A stretch of DNA of 56,791 bases from Acinetobacter phage HD01: the sequence record PQ437329.1. One strand, written 5' to 3'. The notes under the pieces were generated by a model. It had not been told where the DNA came from, did not search any database, and saw only the letters and a program-made list of their open reading frames with translations. The stretch's first letter is position 1; the number at the start of each line of letters is the position of its first letter. Shown here piece after piece: positions 29,173 to 36,954 of this stretch. The position numbers were made by a program, and so were the translations under genes.

Positions 29173-29631
29173 TTAGTTTATCTCTTGAGGAACGAACGTG
29201 CGCATTATACCATCTTCTAACGCTTCCAAGTCGACTAATATTTCGGGTCTTTCCTTAGCTAATTTGACAGCGTATTGTTGACGTAGGCCCATTCCCCCAG
29301 TTCCCTCAGGAATAATGTCTATAAGCTCACCAAGTACAGCACCTTTATATTCACGACCAAGCAGACTTCCACCACTATATTGAACAAGGTTTAATTTTTT
29401 AAACTGTTTAGCACGCTTCTTATCCATTTTAAGGTCGTACGTTTCAACCATGTCGTTAAGACGAAGCAAGCCGTAACCTGCGCTTAAAATGTACACATTC
29501 TTTGACATGCGGATAGCAAGGTTTAGCATGATTTTATAATAACCCCCAGTGTATAAGCGCCAAGCTTGAACTGGTTTATCTGTTTCTATCTTTGCTGCAC
29601 CGCAAGAAATAACAACTGCATCGTATTCCAT
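29173..29631 (-). CDS. hypothetical protein, first gene of the que operon
   Basis: 152 aa, stop abuts the queE start. RBS TTTTGGAGTAAAT. I recognise no motif. Confidence 0.4.
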   Translation of the reverse strand: MEYDAVVISCGAAKIETDKPVQAWRLYTGGYYKIMLNLAIRMSKNVYILSAGYGLLRLNDMVETYDLKMDKKRAKQFKKLNLVQYSGGSLLGREYKGAVLGELIDIIPEGTGGMGLRQQYAVKLAKERPEILVDLEALEDGIMRTFVPQEIN

Positions 29632-29640
29632 ATTTACTCC

Positions 29641-29669
29641 AAAAATAAAGGACGCATATAGCGTCCTTT
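29641..29669 (-). terminator. rho-independent terminator (minus strand)
   Basis: AAAGGACGC-TATAT-GCGTCCTTT followed on the minus strand by TTATTTTTGG. Confidence 0.6.
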
Positions 29670-29691
29670 ATTATAGCACATAAGTTATGTC

Positions 29692-30258
29692 TTATGCTTC
29701 TTCAGATGCAACTTCGGTTTCATCTTTAGGTGCTTCTACGCGACCTGTAATGCCGAAGAATTTGCGCCAGTAAGCGTATTGGCTGCGCATCATATTTTCA
29801 TTTGTACCTTCAGGCACAGCAGCGCGAAGTTCAGCAATTGCTACAGGGCGTTGAAGCTCAGTTGACAATTGGTCGCACAAGTCCCAGATAGCGCGAGTTT
29901 TAGTGCCAGGCTTTGGACGTCGCATACCATTTTGCTCAGGTTCACGTTCTGTAATGCGAGCAAGTTTAGCAGCTTCTTTTTCTGCTTTTTTAGCTTCACG
30001 CTGTGCTTCACGTTCTGCTTTAGCAGCTTCTTTAGCAGCACGCTTAGCTTCAGCTTCTTCAAGCTTAGCTTGCTTAGCAGCTTCTTTTTCTGCAATTTTA
30101 GCAGCGCGTTCAGCTTCTTTTTGAGCTTTCGCTTCAGCAGCAGCTTGAGCTTTGGCTTCTTTTTCAGCAGCGCGTGCAGCAGCTTTAGCTTCTTTTTCAG
30201 CAGCAGCTTGTTCTTTAGCTGCTTGAACTTCTTCTGGTGTTAACTTTTGGTTAGACAT
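29692..30258 (-). CDS. Ala/Lys/Glu-repeat protein with conserved C-terminal domain (hypothetical)
   Basis: Start at 30258 with RBS AAGGAG. N-terminal ~110 aa is AKEAEKAA-type repeats encoded by imperfect tandem DNA repeats. The C-terminal ~65 aa is paralogous to the C-terminus of the 31029-31766 gene. Confidence 0.5.
   Translation of the reverse strand: MSNQKLTPEEVQAAKEQAAAEKEAKAAARAAEKEAKAQAAAEAKAQKEAERAAKIAEKEAAKQAKLEEAEAKRAAKEAAKAEREAQREAKKAEKEAAKLARITEREPEQNGMRRPKPGTKTRAIWDLCDQLSTELQRPVAIAELRAAVPEGTNENMMRSQYAYWRKFFGITGRVEAPKDETEVASEEA
29880..30200. repeat. imperfect tandem repeats (GCAGCTTCTTTTTCTGC / AGCTTCACG units)
   Basis: Visible periodic repeats. Repetition produces the spurious plus-strand ORFs 29869-30243 and 29903-30124. 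Confidence 0.6.
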
Positions 30259-30346
30259 GGCTGTCTCCTTGATTACTGGATGTACGTTAAGTTTCATAAA
30301 TGTACAGGAATCCTATTGAATAGGCAATCGTTAAATAGAAAATAAT

Positions 30347-30985
30347 TTATTTTTTATTTACCTCCCATGGCCTAGGGATAGCCAAAACAATTGGCGGTTT
30401 TTCGGGTGCTTTTTTCGCGGTAGTTTCGCGCACCTGCGAGGTTTTCGGTGCGACTGGTACGTTAGCACCTGCAACAGGCAAAGGGGCAACCTGTAGCGCC
30501 TGCAAGCTGCTATTTTCAAGCTGCTGTTTTAACTTGTACCAGTCTTTCGCAATGTCCTGCACGTTGGGAAGAGGTTCTGTGGTTAAAAATAAACATCCGT
30601 CTTCAGCTAGCTGAGGTTTAATTGCACCTTCTACAAAATTGTAATAAAGGTTTTGTTCTTTACAGACTTTTTCTTTCCAATTAACCTGAGCAGCTAAAGA
30701 ACGCCAACTTGGATTTGTTACTTCCATTTTTTGGAATACATAACAACAAATAACCTGCAACTGACTAATATTCAGTTTTGAGTAATCGTTACCACATGTA
30801 TTCTTTAACAGTAGGGTGAGCTCTAATTGCGTATAACCCGAAAACATGCGTGGCACGTCGAAAGGGTGTACCGCTGAACGTATATTGCGAGGCAGCATAA
30901 GAAAAGCTAGGTCTGCTGCTGTATCAAGATTCTGCGTTTTAGCAACACAACGCATCTTCTCTAAATCTATAACTATGTATTCCAT
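30347..30985 (-). CDS. hypothetical protein
   Basis: 212 aa. RBS and start context TTTTGGAGTAAATATGGAATA is identical to that of the 29173-29631 gene. Confidence 0.4.
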   Translation of the reverse strand: MEYIVIDLEKMRCVAKTQNLDTAADLAFLMLPRNIRSAVHPFDVPRMFSGYTQLELTLLLKNTCGNDYSKLNISQLQVICCYVFQKMEVTNPSWRSLAAQVNWKEKVCKEQNLYYNFVEGAIKPQLAEDGCLFLTTEPLPNVQDIAKDWYKLKQQLENSSLQALQVAPLPVAGANVPVAPKTSQVRETTAKKAPEKPPIVLAIPRPWEVNKK

Positions 30986-30994
30986 ATTTACTCC

Positions 30995-31026
30995 AAAAGA
31001 AAAAAGGGGGTTAGCAACCCCCTTTG
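30995..31026 (-). terminator. rho-independent terminator (minus strand)
   Basis: AAGGGGG-TTAGCAA-CCCCCTT, followed on the minus strand by TTTTTTCTTTT. Confidence 0.6.
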
Positions 31027-31028
31027 TA

Positions 31029-31766
31029 TTATATACGACCTGTGATATTGTGGAACTTTCTCCAGTAAGAATATTGACTTTTCATCATGTTTTCGTTTGT
31101 ACCTTGTGCAACACGTTCACGCAATTCGCTAATTTTAAGAGGGCGACCCAACTCTTTAGTCATTGCGTCACATAAGTCCCAGATAACGCGAGTTTTAGTA
31201 CCTGCTGACGGATATTTCATACCGTTTTGCTCAGGACGGTTTTTCTCAATTTTGTTACCAGTAGGGTTCTGAACTGGTTTACGTGCTTTAGGTGTTTTAA
31301 TCTTAGGACCAAATTCACCGTCACAAGCTAAGCAAACAAACTGGAACTCGTCATGTTTAATGCGTGTACCGTTAACAATTTCACCATGCTCACCAACACC
31401 ATTTGATAAAGTAATGTTGCAATGTGGACAGTTAGTGTGACCGTAATGGTTCACAAGCTCTTGTTGATATTCAGTTAATTCAGGTTCTTGAGCAACCTCA
31501 ACAGCTTTGTTTTGCAACTCTTCAATTTCAATTGCTTCAAAACAATCTTTCTCAGTAAAGTCATCTTCGTTTTGCCAATCCCATTCGTTACAAGCGTTTA
31601 ACGCAGCTTGAGCGTTGTCAGCAAGAACTTCAGTGCGGATAGCTTGACGCATACCTTCGTTATTCATTTTGCCGTAGTTCTTAACACCTACTTCTTTACA
31701 AGCTGCACGTAATTCAGCTTTGCCCATTGCGTCTAGTTGTTCTAATTTAAAAGTTAAAGTGTTCAT
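31029..31766 (-). CDS. hypothetical protein with zinc-ribbon and C-terminal domain paralogous to 29692-30258
   Basis: 245 aa with CPHCN...CLACDG (Cys4). C-terminus EQNGMKYPSAGTKTRVIWDLCD...GTNENMMKSQYSYWRKF..ITGR is ~65% identical to the other copy. Confidence 0.45.
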   Translation of the reverse strand: MNTLTFKLEQLDAMGKAELRAACKEVGVKNYGKMNNEGMRQAIRTEVLADNAQAALNACNEWDWQNEDDFTEKDCFEAIEIEELQNKAVEVAQEPELTEYQQELVNHYGHTNCPHCNITLSNGVGEHGEIVNGTRIKHDEFQFVCLACDGEFGPKIKTPKARKPVQNPTGNKIEKNRPEQNGMKYPSAGTKTRVIWDLCDAMTKELGRPLKISELRERVAQGTNENMMKSQYSYWRKFHNITGRI

Positions 31767-31885
31767 AAGGTCATCCCTTTAATAACTTGGTTGGGGTGTT
31801 AACAACTTTGTTAACCTGTTAAAACACATATTAAAGAGTCTTGGATTAGTTTGCAAGTCCTTTTGCAAAAATAATTGAATTATTT

Positions 31886-33715
31886 TTAAAACGGTAAATC
31901 ATCCTCACCGCATTCAACTAGAACACCTTCTAAATCTTCATCTTCCTGTTTGTTAACAGTTGCAGCCTTTAAAGCTTTCCAGTCGTTTACAGGGACGTCA
32001 ATTTTAACTTTCTTGGCCAAGTGTGCGTAACCTTGCGAAGGACTGGTTGGATGACTTTGCATTGACTCAGAAGTTGGTCTAATAACTGTTTCAGGTGCAG
32101 GTTCTTTCCCAAAAGCTGTCCCGTCATAACAGTAAGCCATAATTTCAGGGTACTTTTTATTCACCCAAACGCGAATATGAGTAGGGACTTGAAGTTCACC
32201 TGTTAAACCTAGAGCCAAGTTAACTTTGTCAGGCATTGGGACGGAAGAACGCTCGCCCCACCATTTACGCGCCTTACGTTGTAAGAACTGGTTATCAGAA
32301 TGCTCAAGAAGTACCCATTCTGTATATTGAGTTAAACCTACATAATAGGTAACTTTAAGAGATGGGTTAGCACCTGCTTTTTCGTGACGCATGTATGTGA
32401 TGTGGTCAACTTTAAATACTTCAACTTGCGGCAAGTCCCCCTTGACAATCTGGTTAGTGCTTGCCATAGTGTTTAACTTTGTTTCAAACGTAAATTCATG
32501 ACCACATAAAGGCGCAATACAAATCCTCGCTGACGCATGGTTATACGTTTTACATTTAGGACACTCTTTAACTGGTGCAGGTCTTGTAGCTTTTCCCTTT
32601 TTATGGGGAATAACAGGGTCGTTAATTGGTCCAAGCTTCTTGGTATTACCTGCAAAGTCCAAAACTAAGCAATTTTCTTTCCCTTCACAAGGACGTGTTC
32701 CCCGACCTAACATCTGCACCCAAAGCACAGCTGAGCAGGTTGGACGTAAAACAACAATTAAATCAATAGCAGGGTAGTCAAACCCAGTTGTAAGAATATT
32801 GTTGTTTACAACTGCTCGCAATTTACCAGACTTAAAGTCAGCAATAACTTGCTTCCGCTCACCTGCTGACATTTTACCGTGAACAACACCAGTTGGAACA
32901 CCCATACCGTTCAGCATGTCTGCAATGTTACAAGCGTGTTCAACACCTGCTGCAAAGATAAGCCACGCTCTACGGTCAGCACCTTGCTCCATTGTTTCTT
33001 TAAGTGCTGCTTCAGTAATTTGCTCTTTGTCTACAGCTTTCTGTAACTCGGATTGAATGTAGTCGCCTGCTCTTATATGCACACCGTCTAAACTTATAGT
33101 TAAGTCTGTACGTTTAGGAATTAAAGGTGCTAGGAAGCCTTCTGCAATTAATCTGTTAAAAGCATGTAGACCAGTAATGTCAAAGCAGATGTCTGTAAAT
33201 ATCCCACCGTTCTCAATAATGCTCCCATGTCCAAGACGGTATGGTGTAGCAGTAAATCCAATAACTTTAATGTGAGGGTTTACAGTTCTTAAATTTTCAA
33301 TAAATGTTCGGTATGTTGTTTCGTCGTTTGGACTTACAAGTTGACATTCGTCAATAAGTATTAAATCCACTTTTCCAAGTTCTGCCCAATGCTTAGCAAT
33401 TGAAGCAATACCTGCAAATAAAATTTTAGAGTTAATGTCGCGTCTGTTTAAACCTGCGGAGTAAATACCTGCCGGAGCTTGGGGCCAAATAGAAATCAAT
33501 TTTTCATGGTTTTGCTCAATAAGTTCTTTAACATGGGTTAAAACTAAAACCCTTTGATTAAAAAACTGCTGAAAAATTGAATAAATAAATAAAGCAATAA
33601 TGACTGATTTACCAGTACCAGTTGGCAGAGCTGCAATTGGGTTTCCCTTACTCTTAGTAAAGTACGCCCAAATTGCGCTTACACATTCGGACTGATACGA
33701 ACGTGGCTGAATCAT
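31886..33715 (-). CDS. SF2 DNA helicase (RAD25 / type III Res-like) with C-terminal Zn-ribbon domain
   Basis: Motif I ALPTGTGKS, motif II LILIDECQ, motif III GFTATP, motif VI QMLGRGTR, and CPKCK...CGHEF. Confidence 0.7.
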   Translation of the reverse strand: MIQPRSYQSECVSAIWAYFTKSKGNPIAALPTGTGKSVIIALFIYSIFQQFFNQRVLVLTHVKELIEQNHEKLISIWPQAPAGIYSAGLNRRDINSKILFAGIASIAKHWAELGKVDLILIDECQLVSPNDETTYRTFIENLRTVNPHIKVIGFTATPYRLGHGSIIENGGIFTDICFDITGLHAFNRLIAEGFLAPLIPKRTDLTISLDGVHIRAGDYIQSELQKAVDKEQITEAALKETMEQGADRRAWLIFAAGVEHACNIADMLNGMGVPTGVVHGKMSAGERKQVIADFKSGKLRAVVNNNILTTGFDYPAIDLIVVLRPTCSAVLWVQMLGRGTRPCEGKENCLVLDFAGNTKKLGPINDPVIPHKKGKATRPAPVKECPKCKTYNHASARICIAPLCGHEFTFETKLNTMASTNQIVKGDLPQVEVFKVDHITYMRHEKAGANPSLKVTYYVGLTQYTEWVLLEHSDNQFLQRKARKWWGERSSVPMPDKVNLALGLTGELQVPTHIRVWVNKKYPEIMAYCYDGTAFGKEPAPETVIRPTSESMQSHPTSPSQGYAHLAKKVKIDVPVNDWKALKAATVNKQEDEDLEGVLVECGEDDLPF

Positions 33716-34632
33716 TTATTAATAAACCCATCTGATAGATAATATTGGTTACAGCCTGCAAGCTGCTGCTCTTTAGTGAGTTGGGAATTAGTTTTACCAC
33801 ACTTCCACACTCCACCTTCTGCAATTTTAGCATACTGACAAGTTCTACAATTGCGGTCAGGTTGCACACCTAGATGACAAATAGGGCGGAAGTTGCAAAA
33901 CTTACATTTAAAGAATCCAGGACTTGCATTTAACTTTTTAGGAGCGTCTTGCATTTGAACAAGCTGTTCGCCCCGATCCAAAAATGCGTCAGCTACTTCA
34001 GGATTTAACGGTACAAGTTCCCAATGTGTAGAGTCGTCGTTTTTATTCACTGCACCATATAACGCAATAGGTAAACCCATCTTGCGCATATACACGTTCA
34101 TTTGAACATAGTGTTCCCATTTAGCTTCCTTAACCCCAACTTCCACAAGCTTTTTAAAAGACTTGTCGTTATGGGTTTTAAATTCTAATAGACAAGCTTG
34201 TCCAGGCGCAAGGTCGGGCAAGCCGATAGCTATACCATCCCCACTTCCCCCAAAGTGTCCACCTGCATGACTAATTCTAAACTGTTTACCGTTTTCGTCT
34301 TGCTGAAATACTTCTACACCAATAGACAGCAGTTGGGCAATAAAGCGACCTTCCTCTAAATGACCCCTGTTAAATAAACGTATTAAACGTCCTTCAAATA
34401 CTGGTCGCATAGACCATCGGAAGCTATACCAAACAGCACGCCCACATTCGTTCCCGATAAGGGATGCACCCATGTGAGAACGAAAAGGGAAACTGTCCTC
34501 GCTGTATGCGTCCCCAATATGCGGAAGCACACGACCAAGCCACTTCCTGTACGTTGCACCCTGATCGGCTTTTATACATTCGTCAATAGCTTGTTTGGTT
34601 TTATGTGCAAGATAAATATTATTTGTCGTCAT
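33712..34632 (-). CDS. Cas4/RecB-like PD-(D/E)XK exonuclease with C-terminal Fe-S Cys cluster
   Basis: 306 aa. Nuclease core (...D...EFK, YVQMNVY) and C-terminal CKFCNFRPIC...CRTCQY. Coupled to the helicase gene (ATGA). Confidence 0.5.
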   Translation of the reverse strand: MTTNNIYLAHKTKQAIDECIKADQGATYRKWLGRVLPHIGDAYSEDSFPFRSHMGASLIGNECGRAVWYSFRWSMRPVFEGRLIRLFNRGHLEEGRFIAQLLSIGVEVFQQDENGKQFRISHAGGHFGGSGDGIAIGLPDLAPGQACLLEFKTHNDKSFKKLVEVGVKEAKWEHYVQMNVYMRKMGLPIALYGAVNKNDDSTHWELVPLNPEVADAFLDRGEQLVQMQDAPKKLNASPGFFKCKFCNFRPICHLGVQPDRNCRTCQYAKIAEGGVWKCGKTNSQLTKEQQLAGCNQYYLSDGFINK

Positions 34633-34948
34633 CTATATTCACCCACATTGCATGACGTGCGTTTTCAAAGCACTCAATATTGGCAATAGCGTCACCCTTA
34701 CGAACTTCGTAGTCTAAACCGGAAGCGTTAAAAAGGTGTATTTCAAGTTGACCATTAAATCCACCTTTAACTAATGTAGAACCTATAAGCAATCCATTGT
34801 CTGCTAACGGTTTACGAATACCAATGACACCGCTATAACCCTCTAGAATACGAACGGTTTCTAATGTGGTTATTTTAACTGTAGCGCCAGGAATAATTGT
34901 TGCGCTTGTTGAGCTTGTAAGCTCTTTAAAACCAGATTTGTATTTCAT
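34619..34948 (-). CDS. dUTPase-like protein (start uncertain)
   Basis: ATG at 34948 (MKYKSG) abuts the stop of the upstream gene; the longer ORF to 35044 would overlap its neighbour by ~95 nt. GYSGVIG.....GLLIGST segment is dUTPase/dCD-like. Confidence 0.35.
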   Translation of the reverse strand: MKYKSGFKELTSSTSATIIPGATVKITTLETVRILEGYSGVIGIRKPLADNGLLIGSTLVKGGFNGQLEIHLFNASGLDYEVRKGDAIANIECFENARHAMWVNIDDDK

Positions 34949-34949
34949 G

Positions 34950-35147
34950 TTACACCAACTTATATTTATCACGGCAACGCCCACAAGCGTTATTGACAAG
35001 ACGAGGAAATTCCTCACCACACCATTCACATTCACCTGCTCCATCGTTAGGTAAATCTTGAGCCTTTGCTCTTACCTTTTGGATGTTTAGTTCGTGCAGT
35101 TGTTCATAGTGTTCGCAGCAACTTTCAATATCTTTTTCGTTTGACAT
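34950..35147 (-). CDS. small C4 zinc-finger protein (DksA/TraR-like?)
   Basis: 65 aa with CEWCGEEF...CGRC. Confidence 0.35.
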   Translation of the reverse strand: MSNEKDIESCCEHYEQLHELNIQKVRAKAQDLPNDGAGECEWCGEEFPRLVNNACGRCRDKYKLV

Positions 35148-35213
35148 TAAGGTAACCCCAAATTAAATCTATAAAAATAGGGCACACGAAGCACCCTATT
35201 TATTCAACCTAAC

Positions 35214-36029
35214 TTATGCAGTAGCCCAAGGCGGTGTGGCTTGCTGAGCTGTTTGACCTGGCTGTAACTGGTGAGCAGCAGGCTGACCAACGATCGGAGC
35301 TTGGTTTTGAGCTTGTTGGATGGCTTGTTGCGCTTGTACAGGAGCTTGTTCAACTGTACCGTTAGCCCAAGGCTGCTGTACTGGTTGCTGTGCAGGTTGT
35401 TCAACTGGTGCTTGCTGTGCCCAAGGCTGTGCAGGTGCTTGCTGCTGTGCAGGTGGTTGCTGTACTGGTGCAGCTTGCTGACCTTGCTGCGCCCATGGCT
35501 GTGCAGCCGGAGCAGCTTGTGCAGCAGGTTGACCCCATCCCGCAGGCATTCCCTGAGCTTGTGCAGGAGCTTGCTGACCAAAAGGCGAACCTCCTGCAAC
35601 AGGTGCTGAACCAGTTGGACCAGTTGCGTGAGTACCTGCGGCAAAACGACCAGACACTTCGTTTGAAGCTTCGTAATCGCCAGACGCTGCACGGATTTTC
35701 ACTTTAACTTGTAAAGGGATACCGTGTAACTGTGCAGAGTCTTGAATGTGCAAAACGTTAACCGCATGAGCTAAAGCCGATAACTGTTTGTAACCAATTT
35801 CTTGAGCCACAGGGTTTTGGTTCTGAATGTTGAAACGGTCAAAAAGTTTACGACCTGCATATTGACCGTCTAAAATGTTGTAACGAACTTGTAAATAAGC
35901 ACCTGAGCCGTTAGAAGTTGGTTTTACGTCCGACTCATCTACCATTACATTGTAGACACCTGCTGGAACTGGAACTGGTGTACCTGCATCTGGCTCTACG
36001 TTAGTTGCGTTAAAGTTTAATTGTGCCAT
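35214..36029 (-). CDS. DUF669-like ssDNA-binding protein with Q/A/P-rich low-complexity C-terminus
   Basis: N-terminal ~130 aa resemble DUF669 proteins that usually partner Sak4. C-terminal ~140 aa are PAQQ/PWAQQ repeats. Adjacent to the Sak4-like ATPase. Confidence 0.4.
   Translation of the reverse strand: MAQLNFNATNVEPDAGTPVPVPAGVYNVMVDESDVKPTSNGSGAYLQVRYNILDGQYAGRKLFDRFNIQNQNPVAQEIGYKQLSALAHAVNVLHIQDSAQLHGIPLQVKVKIRAASGDYEASNEVSGRFAAGTHATGPTGSAPVAGGSPFGQQAPAQAQGMPAGWGQPAAQAAPAAQPWAQQGQQAAPVQQPPAQQQAPAQPWAQQAPVEQPAQQPVQQPWANGTVEQAPVQAQQAIQQAQNQAPIVGQPAAHQLQPGQTAQQATPPWATA
35230..35700. repeat. low-complexity CAG/CTG-rich coding repeats
   Basis: Encodes the Q/A/P-rich tail. Causes three overlapping spurious ORFs (35204-35692 -, 35271-35609 +, 35390-35707 +). 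Confidence 0.6.
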
Positions 36030-36030
36030 G

Positions 36031-36756
36031 TTAATGGACTCCTAGGATTTTGTTAATTACTGACGTCATGTTTGGTGCTTCCATTTCCGCTAATGCACCA
36101 GAGCGGTCTTTTGCAACGCGCTGCAAATCAGGTTGAGTTTGCAAGTAACGATATTTCCCGTGTTGTGGATGGTTGTTAACACCAACATAAAACACTTCAT
36201 CGAAAAAATACGCTAACTTTGGACCAAGCTTAGAGCCTGGCATTGCAGGTGAATATTTTACTACACCCGACAACTCATCTTTTAAAGGTTCTGTTTTAGC
36301 AACCATTAAAACATGCTTCTGAGGTAGGTCACGGAAAAGACGTACTGTATTTTCCATTTTACTAATTAGCTCACCATACGCCTGACGTGCGTCTTTAACT
36401 TGCTTTTTAGCATTGTTTAAGATCACTTCAGCTACTTCGGTTAAAGAGTCTAAACCTACACTTTGAAACTGTCTTGCTTCTGCGCTACTAGCACACCAAT
36501 TATATGCATCAATTAAGTCGTCTATGTTCTCAATTAAAATCATTGGCATGTTATATGTAACGGTCGGGTTATTAGGCCCAAACAAGCGAATCAAGTTTTC
36601 GGTCTTTAACGAAAGTGAACCACTTTCCGCACTAATTAGAACGGGAGTTGGTAACGTTGCGGTAAGGACTGTTTTACCTACACCAGACTCACCGTGAGCA
36701 AGGACTTTGACACCATTCATGGCGCTTGCATCCTGTGCTGTGGTAAATTTTGGCAT
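36031..36756 (-). CDS. Sak4-like RecA-family ATPase (AAA_24)
   Basis: 241 aa with Walker A GESGVGKT near the N-terminus. Size and pairing with the DUF669 gene are typical. Confidence 0.5.
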   Translation of the reverse strand: MPKFTTAQDASAMNGVKVLAHGESGVGKTVLTATLPTPVLISAESGSLSLKTENLIRLFGPNNPTVTYNMPMILIENIDDLIDAYNWCASSAEARQFQSVGLDSLTEVAEVILNNAKKQVKDARQAYGELISKMENTVRLFRDLPQKHVLMVAKTEPLKDELSGVVKYSPAMPGSKLGPKLAYFFDEVFYVGVNNHPQHGKYRYLQTQPDLQRVAKDRSGALAEMEAPNMTSVINKILGVH

Positions 36757-36954
36757 ATTGCTCTCCCTTAACTTGAAATAATTATAGCATAATTACTTTA
36801 CATCTAACTTAACTATTTTGGACTTGTTACTTCTACCCAAATACCCTTCTGACTATAATAACCAGTCATTCCCTTAGCTGTGAAAGTAAATGTTGGCAAC
36901 TTGTCAGCCCTGCGTTTCATTAAGCTGTATGGACCGTTGATTAATTTAATATAC

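Noticed and set aside
29869-30243. Two plus-strand ORFs (124 and 73 aa) rich in S/F/L
   Set aside because: They are antisense read-through of the tandem GCAGC/TTCTT repeats of the AKE-repeat gene. Low-complexity artefacts.
34949-35044. Longer start (MEQVN...) for the dUTPase-like gene
   Set aside because: It would overlap the upstream zinc-finger gene by ~95 nt. The internal ATG at 34948 abuts that gene's stop.
35204-35707. Three overlapping ORFs within the Q/A/P-rich region
   Set aside because: Generated by CAG/CTG repeat DNA. Only the 35214-36029 minus-strand frame has an N-terminal globular domain and operon context.
36813-36920. 35-aa minus-strand micro-ORF in the ligase/Sak4 intergenic gap
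   Set aside because: No convincing Shine-Dalgarno sequence. The 200-bp gap more likely holds a promoter or terminator.
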